From an uncultured Enterobacterales bacterium (GTDB taxonomy: Bacteria; Myxococcota_A; UBA796), in the NCBI GenBank assembly GCA_964554315.1, contig CAZKOI010000004.1:1-40887 (forward strand): 40,887 nt of DNA, given 5' to 3'. Positions 30,942 to 38,919 of this stretch are shown here, piece after piece. Made by a program: the position numbers and the translations under genes. The stretch's first letter is position 1. Every line of letters begins with the position of its first letter. Below the pieces are notes generated by a model. That model worked only from the letters and a program-made list of their open reading frames with translations, was not told the DNA's origin and searched no databases.

Positions 30942-31621
30942 CAGTCAATCTCCTCCGGCGAGAGCACCGGTGGGGTGGGTGCGCGATGGTCTCGGTGGAC
31001 GGACCGGATCGCTGCGTCAAAGTAAGCCACAAGAGTGGTGATGTCCGTGTCCTGGGCGATCCGTTCCTCAAGCACACGCTGAGCCTCTGCGGCTTCGTGG
31101 GCGAGGGTCTCACGATGAGTCAGCCGTTCACTGTCTTCGGCGCGTCGGAGCACAGACACGGAGGCACAGCCCGGAAAGAAGCCCTGTACACCAGCAAGGA
31201 GTCGTGGATCACGGTTCGTCGCACTCACATGATTCGCCCGAAATCCCTCTGGGAACTCCAGCCTCAGCACCGGTGGGCTCACACTCACAAAGATGCAGTC
31301 CTTTGCCCATACCTCGTAGCGGGGACCACCCGCCTCAAGCCATGCCCGAAAGGCGCCGAAGCGTTGCTCATCAGACCAGTCCTCGGGAATGTCAGGAATC
31401 GCATCCGGATCAGCCTCGACAGGCTCGTCTTCCTCGGCAGGGCTAGCCGCTTCGACGGAAGGCTGCTCAGCGGGGTCCTCGGCAGGGCGCATCGACACCG
31501 CCGCGATCTGCTCAGGTGGTGCACCCCCCTGTGAGGGCGCCTCCTCTGGTCGCGGCGCTGGCGGAGGCGGCAGTGACTCCGGCTCGAACACAGCCTCCGA
31601 AGACGCCTGCGCCCCGTCTAT
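30941..31621 (-). CDS. dnaX: DnaX (tau) C-terminal part: Pro/acidic linker plus domain V-like region, in the -1/+2 frame relative to the dnaX core
   Basis: Frame is open from the TGA at 31642-31640; W...F..WL, VLRLEF, DTDITTLVAYFDAAIRSV resemble tau C-termini; TGATG coupling to recR; start uncertain (ATA 31621, GTG 31591, or frameshift). Confidence 0.72.
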   Translation of the reverse strand: MDGAQASSEAVFEPESLPPPPAPRPEEAPSQGGAPPEQIAAVSMRPAEDPAEQPSVEAASPAEEDEPVEADPDAIPDIPEDWSDEQRFGAFRAWLEAGGPRYEVWAKDCIFVSVSPPVLRLEFPEGFRANHVSATNRDPRLLAGVQGFFPGCASVSVLRRAEDSERLTHRETLAHEAAEAQRVLEERIAQDTDITTLVAYFDAAIRSVHRDHRAPTPPVLSPEEID

Positions 31622-32847
31622 AGAGACGGCTCCTTGTCGTCAGAGGTCGACCGAGGCGTGGCTCCTTTACGCGGGGGCGGAAGGGCAATTCCTCCCGCGT
31701 CGCGGATGCGCTGCTCCAGATCATCGAGGCGATGCAAGAGGCGATCGATGGGCTGAGCAGGGCGTATGCTGACCAGGCGAGCGACCGCCATCTCGAGCAC
31801 AAGGCGAGGCCTGTTGGACCGTGCCACCTGGTCATGAACATCGAGCATGACGTGGAATGCTCGAACCAGCACATCCGTGTGGCTCCGCTTGACCAAGGCC
31901 TCCAGTCGCTCACGCTCATCCGCTGGCACGTCGAGGTACTCTCTCGAGCGTGGGCTGAGCCCAACCAAGGTGGCGTTCCTGAGCAATGTCAGCATCTCAG
32001 CCGTGAACTCTGAGAGCTCAAAACCGTAGCCGTAGACGGCATCTATAGACTGTAGGCAACCATCCGCATTGGCATCTAGAATGCCCTCAAGCATCTGGTA
32101 GAGGAAGGCGCGATCGACGAGCCCGAGAATGTCCGACACCTGCTCCTTAGTTGGCTGCTCGCCCGCAAAGCTGATGACTTGATCGAGAAGACTCTGAGAG
32201 TCTCTCATCGAGCCTTCGCCCGCACGCGCGATGAGACGAAGCGCATCCTCACCAATCTGAACCCCCTCTGCCGCCGCAATGTGCCCGAGGCGAGCGATCA
32301 CGACATCGGGCGGAATACGCTTGAAGTCAAAGCGCTGCACCCTCGACAGGATCGTATCGGGGATACGCTGGGGCTCCGTCGTCGCAAACATGAAGACCAC
32401 GCTCGGCGGAGGCTCTTCGAGCGTCTTCAGCAGCGCATTGAACGCACCCTTGGACAGCATGTGGACCTCGTCCACGATGTAGACCTTGGACTTGCCATGG
32501 ACGGGCATGTACCGAACGCTCTCACGGAGCTCCCGAATGTCGTCCACCGAGTTGTTGGAGGCCCCGTCTATCTCAATCACATCGGGGCTCGACCCGGCAA
32601 GAATCTCCGTGCAACTGGCGCACTCCCCACAGGGCTCCGGCGTGGGGCCATCGACACAGTTGAGCGCTCGTGCAAGGGCGCGGGCAGCGGTGGTCTTACC
32701 CACACCTCTGGGCCCAGAGAACAGGAAGGCGTGATGGACCCGACCCAGCGCGATCGCATTGCGGAGGGTACGGGTCACGTGAGTCTGACCCGCGATCTCG
32801 TCAAATGTAGTAGGGCGCCACTTTCGGGCGATGGCCTGGTACGTCAT
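31618..32847 (-). CDS. dnaX: DNA polymerase III gamma/tau, N-terminal clamp-loader domains I-III (409 aa)
   Basis: ARKWRPTTF, GPRGVGKTT Walker A, zinc module CGECASC, EIDGAS, IVDEVHMLS, LLKTLEEPP, TILSRVQRF, GSMRD. Confidence 0.96.
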   Translation of the reverse strand: MTYQAIARKWRPTTFDEIAGQTHVTRTLRNAIALGRVHHAFLFSGPRGVGKTTAARALARALNCVDGPTPEPCGECASCTEILAGSSPDVIEIDGASNNSVDDIRELRESVRYMPVHGKSKVYIVDEVHMLSKGAFNALLKTLEEPPPSVVFMFATTEPQRIPDTILSRVQRFDFKRIPPDVVIARLGHIAAAEGVQIGEDALRLIARAGEGSMRDSQSLLDQVISFAGEQPTKEQVSDILGLVDRAFLYQMLEGILDANADGCLQSIDAVYGYGFELSEFTAEMLTLLRNATLVGLSPRSREYLDVPADERERLEALVKRSHTDVLVRAFHVMLDVHDQVARSNRPRLVLEMAVARLVSIRPAQPIDRLLHRLDDLEQRIRDAGGIALPPPRKGATPRSTSDDKEPSL

Positions 32848-32862
32848 GGCAGTCCCGTAACT

Positions 32863-32886
32863 GAAAAAGAGGCCCCAGGTGATGGC

Positions 32887-32887
<1 letters not shown>
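32863..32887 (-). terminator. Possible weak terminator/processing hairpin between ffs and dnaX
   Basis: Minus strand GGCC-ATCACCTGG-GGCC followed by TCTTTTTC. Confidence 0.4.
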
Positions 32888-32973
<86 letters not shown>

Positions 32974-33006
32974 ACCACCACCTTGGGCCGCGCACAATGG
33001 CGCAAA

Positions 33007-33094
33007 TGGCGGAGAGAGTGGGATTCGAACCCACGGTAGGTTGCCCTACACTCGCGTTCCAGGCGAGCACCTTCGTCCACTCGGTCATCTCTCC
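33007..33094 (-). tRNA. tRNA-Ser(GGA)
   Basis: GGAGAGA acceptor, anticodon arm CTCGC-CTGGAAC-GCGAG, long variable arm, GTTCGAATC, encoded GCCA. Confidence 0.96.
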
Positions 33095-33120
33095 ATATAA
33101 AAACTTTGGACGTCATGAAG

Positions 33121-33208
<88 letters not shown>

Positions 33209-33211
33209 TGA

Positions 33212-33685
33212 TTACTTCTTGGCTCGCACACGCCGAAAGAATGTCCGGAGCGTATCGGCAGCCTCATCCGCCCGAACACCGGATGTGACCTCAAACCGAT
33301 GGTTTAGCACCGGATGGCTTGAGAGGTCGCCGAGTGTACCCAGGAAGCCCCCGCGGGGATCCGTCGCTGCATAGACACAGCGTGGAACGCGAGCATTGAC
33401 CATCAGGCCTGCACACATCGCACAGGGCTCTAAGGTCACGTAGACTGTGCAGCCTTCGAGACGCCAGTCACCGAGCGTTCGGGCGGCCTCTCGCATGGCG
33501 ATAAACTCCGCATGAGCCGAAGGATCACCGTCCACCTCGCGGCGGTTGTGAGCCGAACTGATGACCTTGCCCTCATGCACGACGACCGCCCCAACGGGAA
33601 CTTCACCCATCTCAGCCGCTGCGTGGGCCTGTGCAAGCGCCAGGTCCATGAAGTGCAGGTCCTCAGTTAGAACCATTTTGTCCAT
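33212..33685 (-). CDS. tadA: tRNA adenosine(34) deaminase TadA
   Basis: GEVPVGAV, DPSAHAE, YVTLEPCAMCAG, LNHR, FFRRVR. Confidence 0.94.
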   Translation of the reverse strand: MDKMVLTEDLHFMDLALAQAHAAAEMGEVPVGAVVVHEGKVISSAHNRREVDGDPSAHAEFIAMREAARTLGDWRLEGCTVYVTLEPCAMCAGLMVNARVPRCVYAATDPRGGFLGTLGDLSSHPVLNHRFEVTSGVRADEAADTLRTFFRRVRAKK

Positions 33686-33773
33686 TCAAAGATCGTCCCT
33701 CTGCAGGGTCCCTTGGTTTATCTCGGGGCTAGACCCTGTCAACCGATGTCGAGAAGCGATTAGGGGTTGATCC

Positions 33774-34046
33774 ATGTTTGACCTCCGTCGACGAGTACTG
33801 AACCGAATCCGCCGCATGGTCCGGAAGACCGACCACCGTGCGCCCGTGATCTCCTTTAACGGCGAGATGACGATTGATGAAGCCTGGACCGCTCACCCGC
33901 GCGCGCCCGAGGTCTTTGCCCGATACAACCTTCCCACGTGTGATGGGTGCTCCGTCCGTTTTGAGGAAACCCTAGCCGAGGCGTCGGAGGCCTACGGCAT
34001 CAACCTGGATCGCTTCCTGAGCGACCTCAACGCCTTAGGGATATAG
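33774..34046 (+). CDS. Small DUF1858-like protein with CxxC motif
   Basis: EMTIDE...HP...EVFARYNLPTCDGC...ETLAEA...YGINLD.FLSDLN. Confidence 0.72.
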   Translation: MFDLRRRVLNRIRRMVRKTDHRAPVISFNGEMTIDEAWTAHPRAPEVFARYNLPTCDGCSVRFEETLAEASEAYGINLDRFLSDLNALGI

Positions 34047-34053
34047 TGGCCCC

Positions 34054-34827
34054 ATGATTACGACTCTGTTGATGATAGCGCTTGGCTCTGCCCAAGCCGA
34101 GACCTCCCTCAACCTCACGGCCTCTGACGGCAGTCGCGTGCATGCGGTCGCCACGCTCGAAGCAGGAAGTAAGAAGGGGGTGATCATGGCACACATGCTG
34201 GGCCGAGACAGCTCGGACTGGGCGTTCCTCAGCAAGAAGCTCCACCAGACCAACTTCGCCACGGTTGCCGTCGACCTCCGCGGGCACGGAAAGAGCGCCA
34301 AGGCAGACACGGCCCTCAGCGATGGGGACTACAAGGCGATGCTCGGCGATCTTGAGGCCGGCGTCTCATGGCTTCGCAGCAAGGGCGTGGACGAGATTAG
34401 CTGCGTCGGGGCGAGCATCGGTGCCAACCTCTGTGCACAGCTCGGCGCAAAGGACCCTCGCATCGTCAACCTGGTGCTCCTGTCCCCCGGTATCAACTAC
34501 AAAGGCATCACGAGCGGGGATGCCGTTGCCGCTTACGGAGATCGGCCTGTGTTGATCGTTGCGGCGGAGGACGATCGCTTCGCCCCTCGCGTCGCTGCGG
34601 CGCTTGAAGAGGCCGCGAAGGGCCAAGTTCACTATGAACTCTTGCCTGAGGGCGGACACGGGACCAAGATGCTCACGCGAGTCCCCACCCTCGAGGGGAC
34701 CGTCATGAGCTGGCTGGCCGGCACCTTCAAGCTCGTGACAGGCGAGATTGTTCGTCCGACTGCGGAGGTGAAGCGAGTCAATGAAGAGATCCAGACCTCC
34801 GGCCGGAAGATGCAGGTTCATCAGTAG
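34054..34827 (+). CDS. Secreted alpha/beta hydrolase
   Basis: Signal peptide; DLRGHGKS, GASIG nucleophile, EDD, GHGT. Confidence 0.85.
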   Translation: MITTLLMIALGSAQAETSLNLTASDGSRVHAVATLEAGSKKGVIMAHMLGRDSSDWAFLSKKLHQTNFATVAVDLRGHGKSAKADTALSDGDYKAMLGDLEAGVSWLRSKGVDEISCVGASIGANLCAQLGAKDPRIVNLVLLSPGINYKGITSGDAVAAYGDRPVLIVAAEDDRFAPRVAAALEEAAKGQVHYELLPEGGHGTKMLTRVPTLEGTVMSWLAGTFKLVTGEIVRPTAEVKRVNEEIQTSGRKMQVHQ

Positions 34828-34860
34828 TCGCCTCCGTGACGGCGCGACCGACGCCCCGCT

Positions 34861-35670
34861 CTACCAAATGAGCGCCTCGGCTACCTTGCCACGCTTTGCT
34901 GCGTCGCGGTTGATCGCCCGGTTTGCAAAGATCTCGATCCGCTCGAAACCTTCCGCGTAGAGCGCATGGACCTCCGGTACGCTGGAGTTGCTGAGCAGAA
35001 CCGTCACCCCTCTTTCCTTGAGTCGCCAGGCCAAGTCGCGAAGCTCGGCTTGGTCGTCGAGGTCAAAACCGTTCTTGGTGTAGGCGGTGAAGGAGGCCGT
35101 CGAAGAGGCCGGCACGTAGGGTGGGTCAAAGTAGACAAAGTCTCCCTCTACACACCGGTCCTCCACCGACCGAAAGTCGCTGTGGAGAATCTCGACGCCT
35201 TGGAGTCGCTCCGATGCCGCTCGAAGGTTCTCCGCGTCACAAATATTGGGGTTGCTGTAACGCCCAAACGGTACGTTAAACCCTCCGGACCGATTCACCC
35301 TGTACAGACCGTTGAACCCCGTCTTGTTGAGGTAAATCATCCAGGCCGCGAGATCCTCATCCGTGTCCGAGTCAATGTCTCGTTCTCGCATCTTCAGAAA
35401 GAACGACTTCTCGTTGGGGTAGGTTGACAGACGCTCAATGACACCCTCGGGGTTGTCCCTCACCGCAGTGTAGGTTCGAACCAGTCGCGGGTTCCAGTCG
35501 GAGAGCACCGCATGCTCAGGAGCGGTGTCGAAGAAGAGTGCCCCACCGCCCACAAAGGGCTCGTGGTAGACGCCAATCTCTCCGGGCACTCGGGCTCGCA
35601 GATGTTCGAGCAGCTGGCGCTTGCCGCCTGCCCACTTGAGAAAAGGTTTCGCGGGTCGTAGTCTTGACAT
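34861..35670 (-). CDS. dam: Dam-family (D12 class) DNA adenine methyltransferase, orphan
   Basis: KPFLKWAGGK, EPFVGGG, YLNKTGFNGLYRVN..GGFNVPFG, YFDPPY, LLSNS. Confidence 0.9.
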   Translation of the reverse strand: MSRLRPAKPFLKWAGGKRQLLEHLRARVPGEIGVYHEPFVGGGALFFDTAPEHAVLSDWNPRLVRTYTAVRDNPEGVIERLSTYPNEKSFFLKMRERDIDSDTDEDLAAWMIYLNKTGFNGLYRVNRSGGFNVPFGRYSNPNICDAENLRAASERLQGVEILHSDFRSVEDRCVEGDFVYFDPPYVPASSTASFTAYTKNGFDLDDQAELRDLAWRLKERGVTVLLSNSSVPEVHALYAEGFERIEIFANRAINRDAAKRGKVAEALIW

Positions 35671-35735
35671 GCCAACAGATTACACAGGTGCAATAATGTC
35701 TGCAAACGTTGCACATGAAGTGAGACTATAAAGTT

Positions 35736-37724
35736 ATGCATGAACTTGACACGTCACCTCTTTTTGCCCTGCAAAAAATTATTTTGTGGTGCGCACTGAC
35801 CGGAGCCTTGGGCTGTGACAACGGTGCGGGCAAGCCCTCTGATGCAGGAAGCGGATCACCGTGCGACACGCTGCGTTTTCCCGACACGGATGGCGATGGA
35901 TACGGGGACAACAGCCTCGGCGAGAGGCGATGCGCCACCGAGGGGTGGGTGACTAAGGGCGGCGACTGCGACGAGACCGATAAGGACCGACACCCCGGCG
36001 CCGTAGAGCGCTGCGATGGGACCGACAACAACTGTGACGGGACCATAGATGACGACAGCGCCATCGAGGCGACCCATTGGTTCACCGACAACGACGGTGA
36101 TGGTTATGGCGCGGGCGCCCCGCTCACCTACGGTTGTGAGGGCACATCCGACGCGGTCGCCAATGACGATGACTGCGACGATACCTCGGAGATCTCCAAC
36201 CCGGATGCCGAGGAGGTCTGCGATGAAATGGACAATGACTGCGATGGTGAGGTCGACGAAGGCGAAGTCACGAGCGGTCAGACTTACTTCTGGGATGAGG
36301 ACGGCGACGGCTACGGCGACTCCAGCATCACCCGAAAAATGTGTGCTCTAGAAGACGGCTGGAGCATCGAGCCGGGCGACTGCGACGAGAGCTCTTCATC
36401 GGTACACCCTGAGGCGATCGAGGCCTGCGATGGGGTTGATCAAGACTGCGATGGAATCGTCGACAATCGATGTCAGATCACGGAGGATCCAGACGCGGCA
36501 GCTTGGAGGCTTGAGCATCCCGGCCCCGGGATCATCCTGAACACGATGACGACGGCGGACCTGACGGGAGACGGTGTGGATGATCTGCTGGTCGCCTACA
36601 ACGATCTCAACGTCGCGCTGTTTCAGGGACCGCTCGACGAGGTCGAGGACGCCTTGTGGTCCACGCCGGCCTTATCCTCCACGATCGGCTTTGGGCGCGG
36701 TGCCACCACCACTCATGACCTTAGCGGTGATGGGACGGTAGACCTTGCAATGCCTGTTCTCTCGTACGGCACACACGAGACGTCGATCAGCGTCTTCTTC
36801 AGCCCGCTCTCCAGTGCACCGGATTGGTTGCATCCTGACAGTGCGCTCATTCTGGATTCGAGCTTCACCTGGGGCTATGCAGGACTCGAAGGCATGGCGG
36901 CGGCAGACTTTGATCATGATGGCGCAGTGGACATCGTCTTCGAGACGAGGCAAGACGGGGGCGAGATCTACCTATGGACATCGGTCGGCGAGGAATCGAC
37001 TGACCTCGATGACGTGAGCTCTTGGAGTGTGCCGCGAGAAGATGGCGCTCTCAGCCCAAAGGCGGGCGACTTCAACGGCGACGGCGGTGCGGACCTTGTG
37101 CATGCCAGAACATCGCATGAGCTCGGGGTCGTCATCGGCCCTATCGACCTCGGCGGCGGACTCGCGCCGACCCACCTCCTCGAAGATCCCGACGAGACCT
37201 ACCGCCTCGACCAAGGGCTCTGCATTGCAGACCTGGATGGGGACGGGCGCGACAACATCGGCGCGGCAGCCCAGCACAACATCGACGACACCCGGCGAGC
37301 GTCCGAGCTCTGGATCTTCGCACCCGAAGACTCTGGCTCCGTACCCATCAGCAAGATCGTCGAGGGGCTCGACCCTCAGCCTGCGGTTTACACCTGCGAA
37401 GACATCGACGGCGACGGCATCATTGACGTCATGATGCAGCGACCGGGGGTCGACACTGAAAGCGGCGAGACCGTGGGAGCTGTGCACGTGTTCTTCGGGC
37501 CCCTGTCGGGCTCCGTCGATGAGGATGAAGCGGACCGGATTCTGATGGGCGAGACCCCGGGCGACCGGTTCGGCTACCTCGTCAACCTCACGGACTACGA
37601 CGGCGATGAACATCAAGACCTGATGGTCGCCGGGAGAACATCGGATGTGTTGATCTTCACAACGGGAGACTGGCTCAGCCCTTGGTGGACGCCGGCCGCT
37701 AGCTCCAGCCCCTCGGCCGAATGA
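35736..37724 (+). CDS. Lipoprotein with three Cys/Asp 'putative metal-binding motif' (MopE-related) repeats and FG-GAP/VCBS repeats
   Basis: Lipobox ALGC; 3x DxDGDGYG...DCD...PxAxExCDxxDNDCDG; then DLTGDGVDDL, DFDHDG, DFNGDG, DLDGDG, DIDGDG, DYDGD repeats. Confidence 0.85.
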   Translation: MHELDTSPLFALQKIILWCALTGALGCDNGAGKPSDAGSGSPCDTLRFPDTDGDGYGDNSLGERRCATEGWVTKGGDCDETDKDRHPGAVERCDGTDNNCDGTIDDDSAIEATHWFTDNDGDGYGAGAPLTYGCEGTSDAVANDDDCDDTSEISNPDAEEVCDEMDNDCDGEVDEGEVTSGQTYFWDEDGDGYGDSSITRKMCALEDGWSIEPGDCDESSSSVHPEAIEACDGVDQDCDGIVDNRCQITEDPDAAAWRLEHPGPGIILNTMTTADLTGDGVDDLLVAYNDLNVALFQGPLDEVEDALWSTPALSSTIGFGRGATTTHDLSGDGTVDLAMPVLSYGTHETSISVFFSPLSSAPDWLHPDSALILDSSFTWGYAGLEGMAAADFDHDGAVDIVFETRQDGGEIYLWTSVGEESTDLDDVSSWSVPREDGALSPKAGDFNGDGGADLVHARTSHELGVVIGPIDLGGGLAPTHLLEDPDETYRLDQGLCIADLDGDGRDNIGAAAQHNIDDTRRASELWIFAPEDSGSVPISKIVEGLDPQPAVYTCEDIDGDGIIDVMMQRPGVDTESGETVGAVHVFFGPLSGSVDEDEADRILMGETPGDRFGYLVNLTDYDGDEHQDLMVAGRTSDVLIFTTGDWLSPWWTPAASSSPSAE

Positions 37725-38889
37725 TTCCGAGAACGGTCGTGTAGCCGTGTAGCCACGTCTGACCATTGACCGGCCCAATCTCTCCCGAGCAAAACAGACC
37801 GCCTATCGCGACCCCGCCCAAGTAGCGTGTCGCCATTCCGCTGTCGTGGTCAGGCTCCCCAAAGAAGCGCCTCCCTCTCCCCAGACAGCTGAACATGACC
37901 GTCCCCTCCGTTTGATCGACGGCATGCGTCCTGGCGTGCTGGGCGAGCACATCCTCGAGATCCTTTCGGGAGCTCTCCGCGTCCCGAACGTGGAACTGAA
38001 CCACCTGCCCTTCCTCGACCAAGGCACCTATCGCCAGTATCTCGCTCTGACGGTCCATACCCATGAGGTGGCGGATGAGAAAGTCGCCCTGCCGATACCG
38101 CTCGCGGCCCTTCTCCATCCCAATCCCGACCATCGGTAGGCCTCGAAAGAGCGCCTGGTCTGCCTCATCGAGGTCCGAAAACATGGCCTCGAGCTGCTGG
38201 AGTGCGGGCTCTCCCGACAGCGACCTCACCAAGTTCTTCTCCGCATCGGTGACCACGAACGGCCGACCGACTGGACGACACCCCTGGGCGACCACAGGGA
38301 GAAGCTCGATGTCTCCGAACATCGCGACGCCGACCGCCCCTGAGGTGACAATCTGATCGTTGAGAACGAGGATGTTGTCCCCCGGACCGTCTCCACCAGA
38401 GGCGAGACCTCCCACCTTTACCTGGCCGGGAAACGCAACATCGAGGCTCGCCATCAATCGACCCGGCTCACAGCTGAAGGGATCGAGAAGGACCATGAAG
38501 CTCGGCTGGTGCTCGGGCTCGAGCCCCAGAGTCTCGCTCCACCGATGGGCCAGCTCATCGACGCTCAACCCCTCCTCGCCCGTGTGGTGAAAGCCCACGA
38601 CGGCCGCATCCGGTAGTACGCCCGCCATCAGCGAGAGGCTCATCTCGCCTTCGACCTCTTGGCCACCACCGACCACGCCTCCGCCGCTACAGCCCAGCAG
38701 GTTGGCCTCCGGGTACTCCGCTCGCAGATGAGAGAGAAAGACCTCCCAGGCATCGACATCATGACCACACGCGAAGATCAAGATGAGGTCGACCGGTGTG
38801 TCTCCGAGCTGGTCTCGTATCGCCGCAATGGCAACACCGACCGCCACAGCCGGCTGGGTCTGAGTAGAGAGGGCGGAAGACCAGCGCAT
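37699..38889 (-). CDS. FIST N/C domain protein (NosP-like sensory family)
   Basis: LLGCSGGGVVG, VGGLASG, VAQGCRPVG, FLIRHLMG, QFHVRDA, FSCLGRG, GLFCSGEIGP, LHGYT. Confidence 0.88.
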   Translation of the reverse strand: MRWSSALSTQTQPAVAVGVAIAAIRDQLGDTPVDLILIFACGHDVDAWEVFLSHLRAEYPEANLLGCSGGGVVGGGQEVEGEMSLSLMAGVLPDAAVVGFHHTGEEGLSVDELAHRWSETLGLEPEHQPSFMVLLDPFSCEPGRLMASLDVAFPGQVKVGGLASGGDGPGDNILVLNDQIVTSGAVGVAMFGDIELLPVVAQGCRPVGRPFVVTDAEKNLVRSLSGEPALQQLEAMFSDLDEADQALFRGLPMVGIGMEKGRERYRQGDFLIRHLMGMDRQSEILAIGALVEEGQVVQFHVRDAESSRKDLEDVLAQHARTHAVDQTEGTVMFSCLGRGRRFFGEPDHDSGMATRYLGGVAIGGLFCSGEIGPVNGQTWLHGYTTVLGIIRPRGWS

Positions 38890-38919
38890 GTGCGATCTTA
38901 AGCCGTTTCATCACTCAGG

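Noticed and set aside
31512-31964. +1-frame ORF as the dnaX continuation
   Set aside because: It ends at 31512 and encodes no tau-like sequence; the -1/+2 frame carries the plausible C-terminal domain
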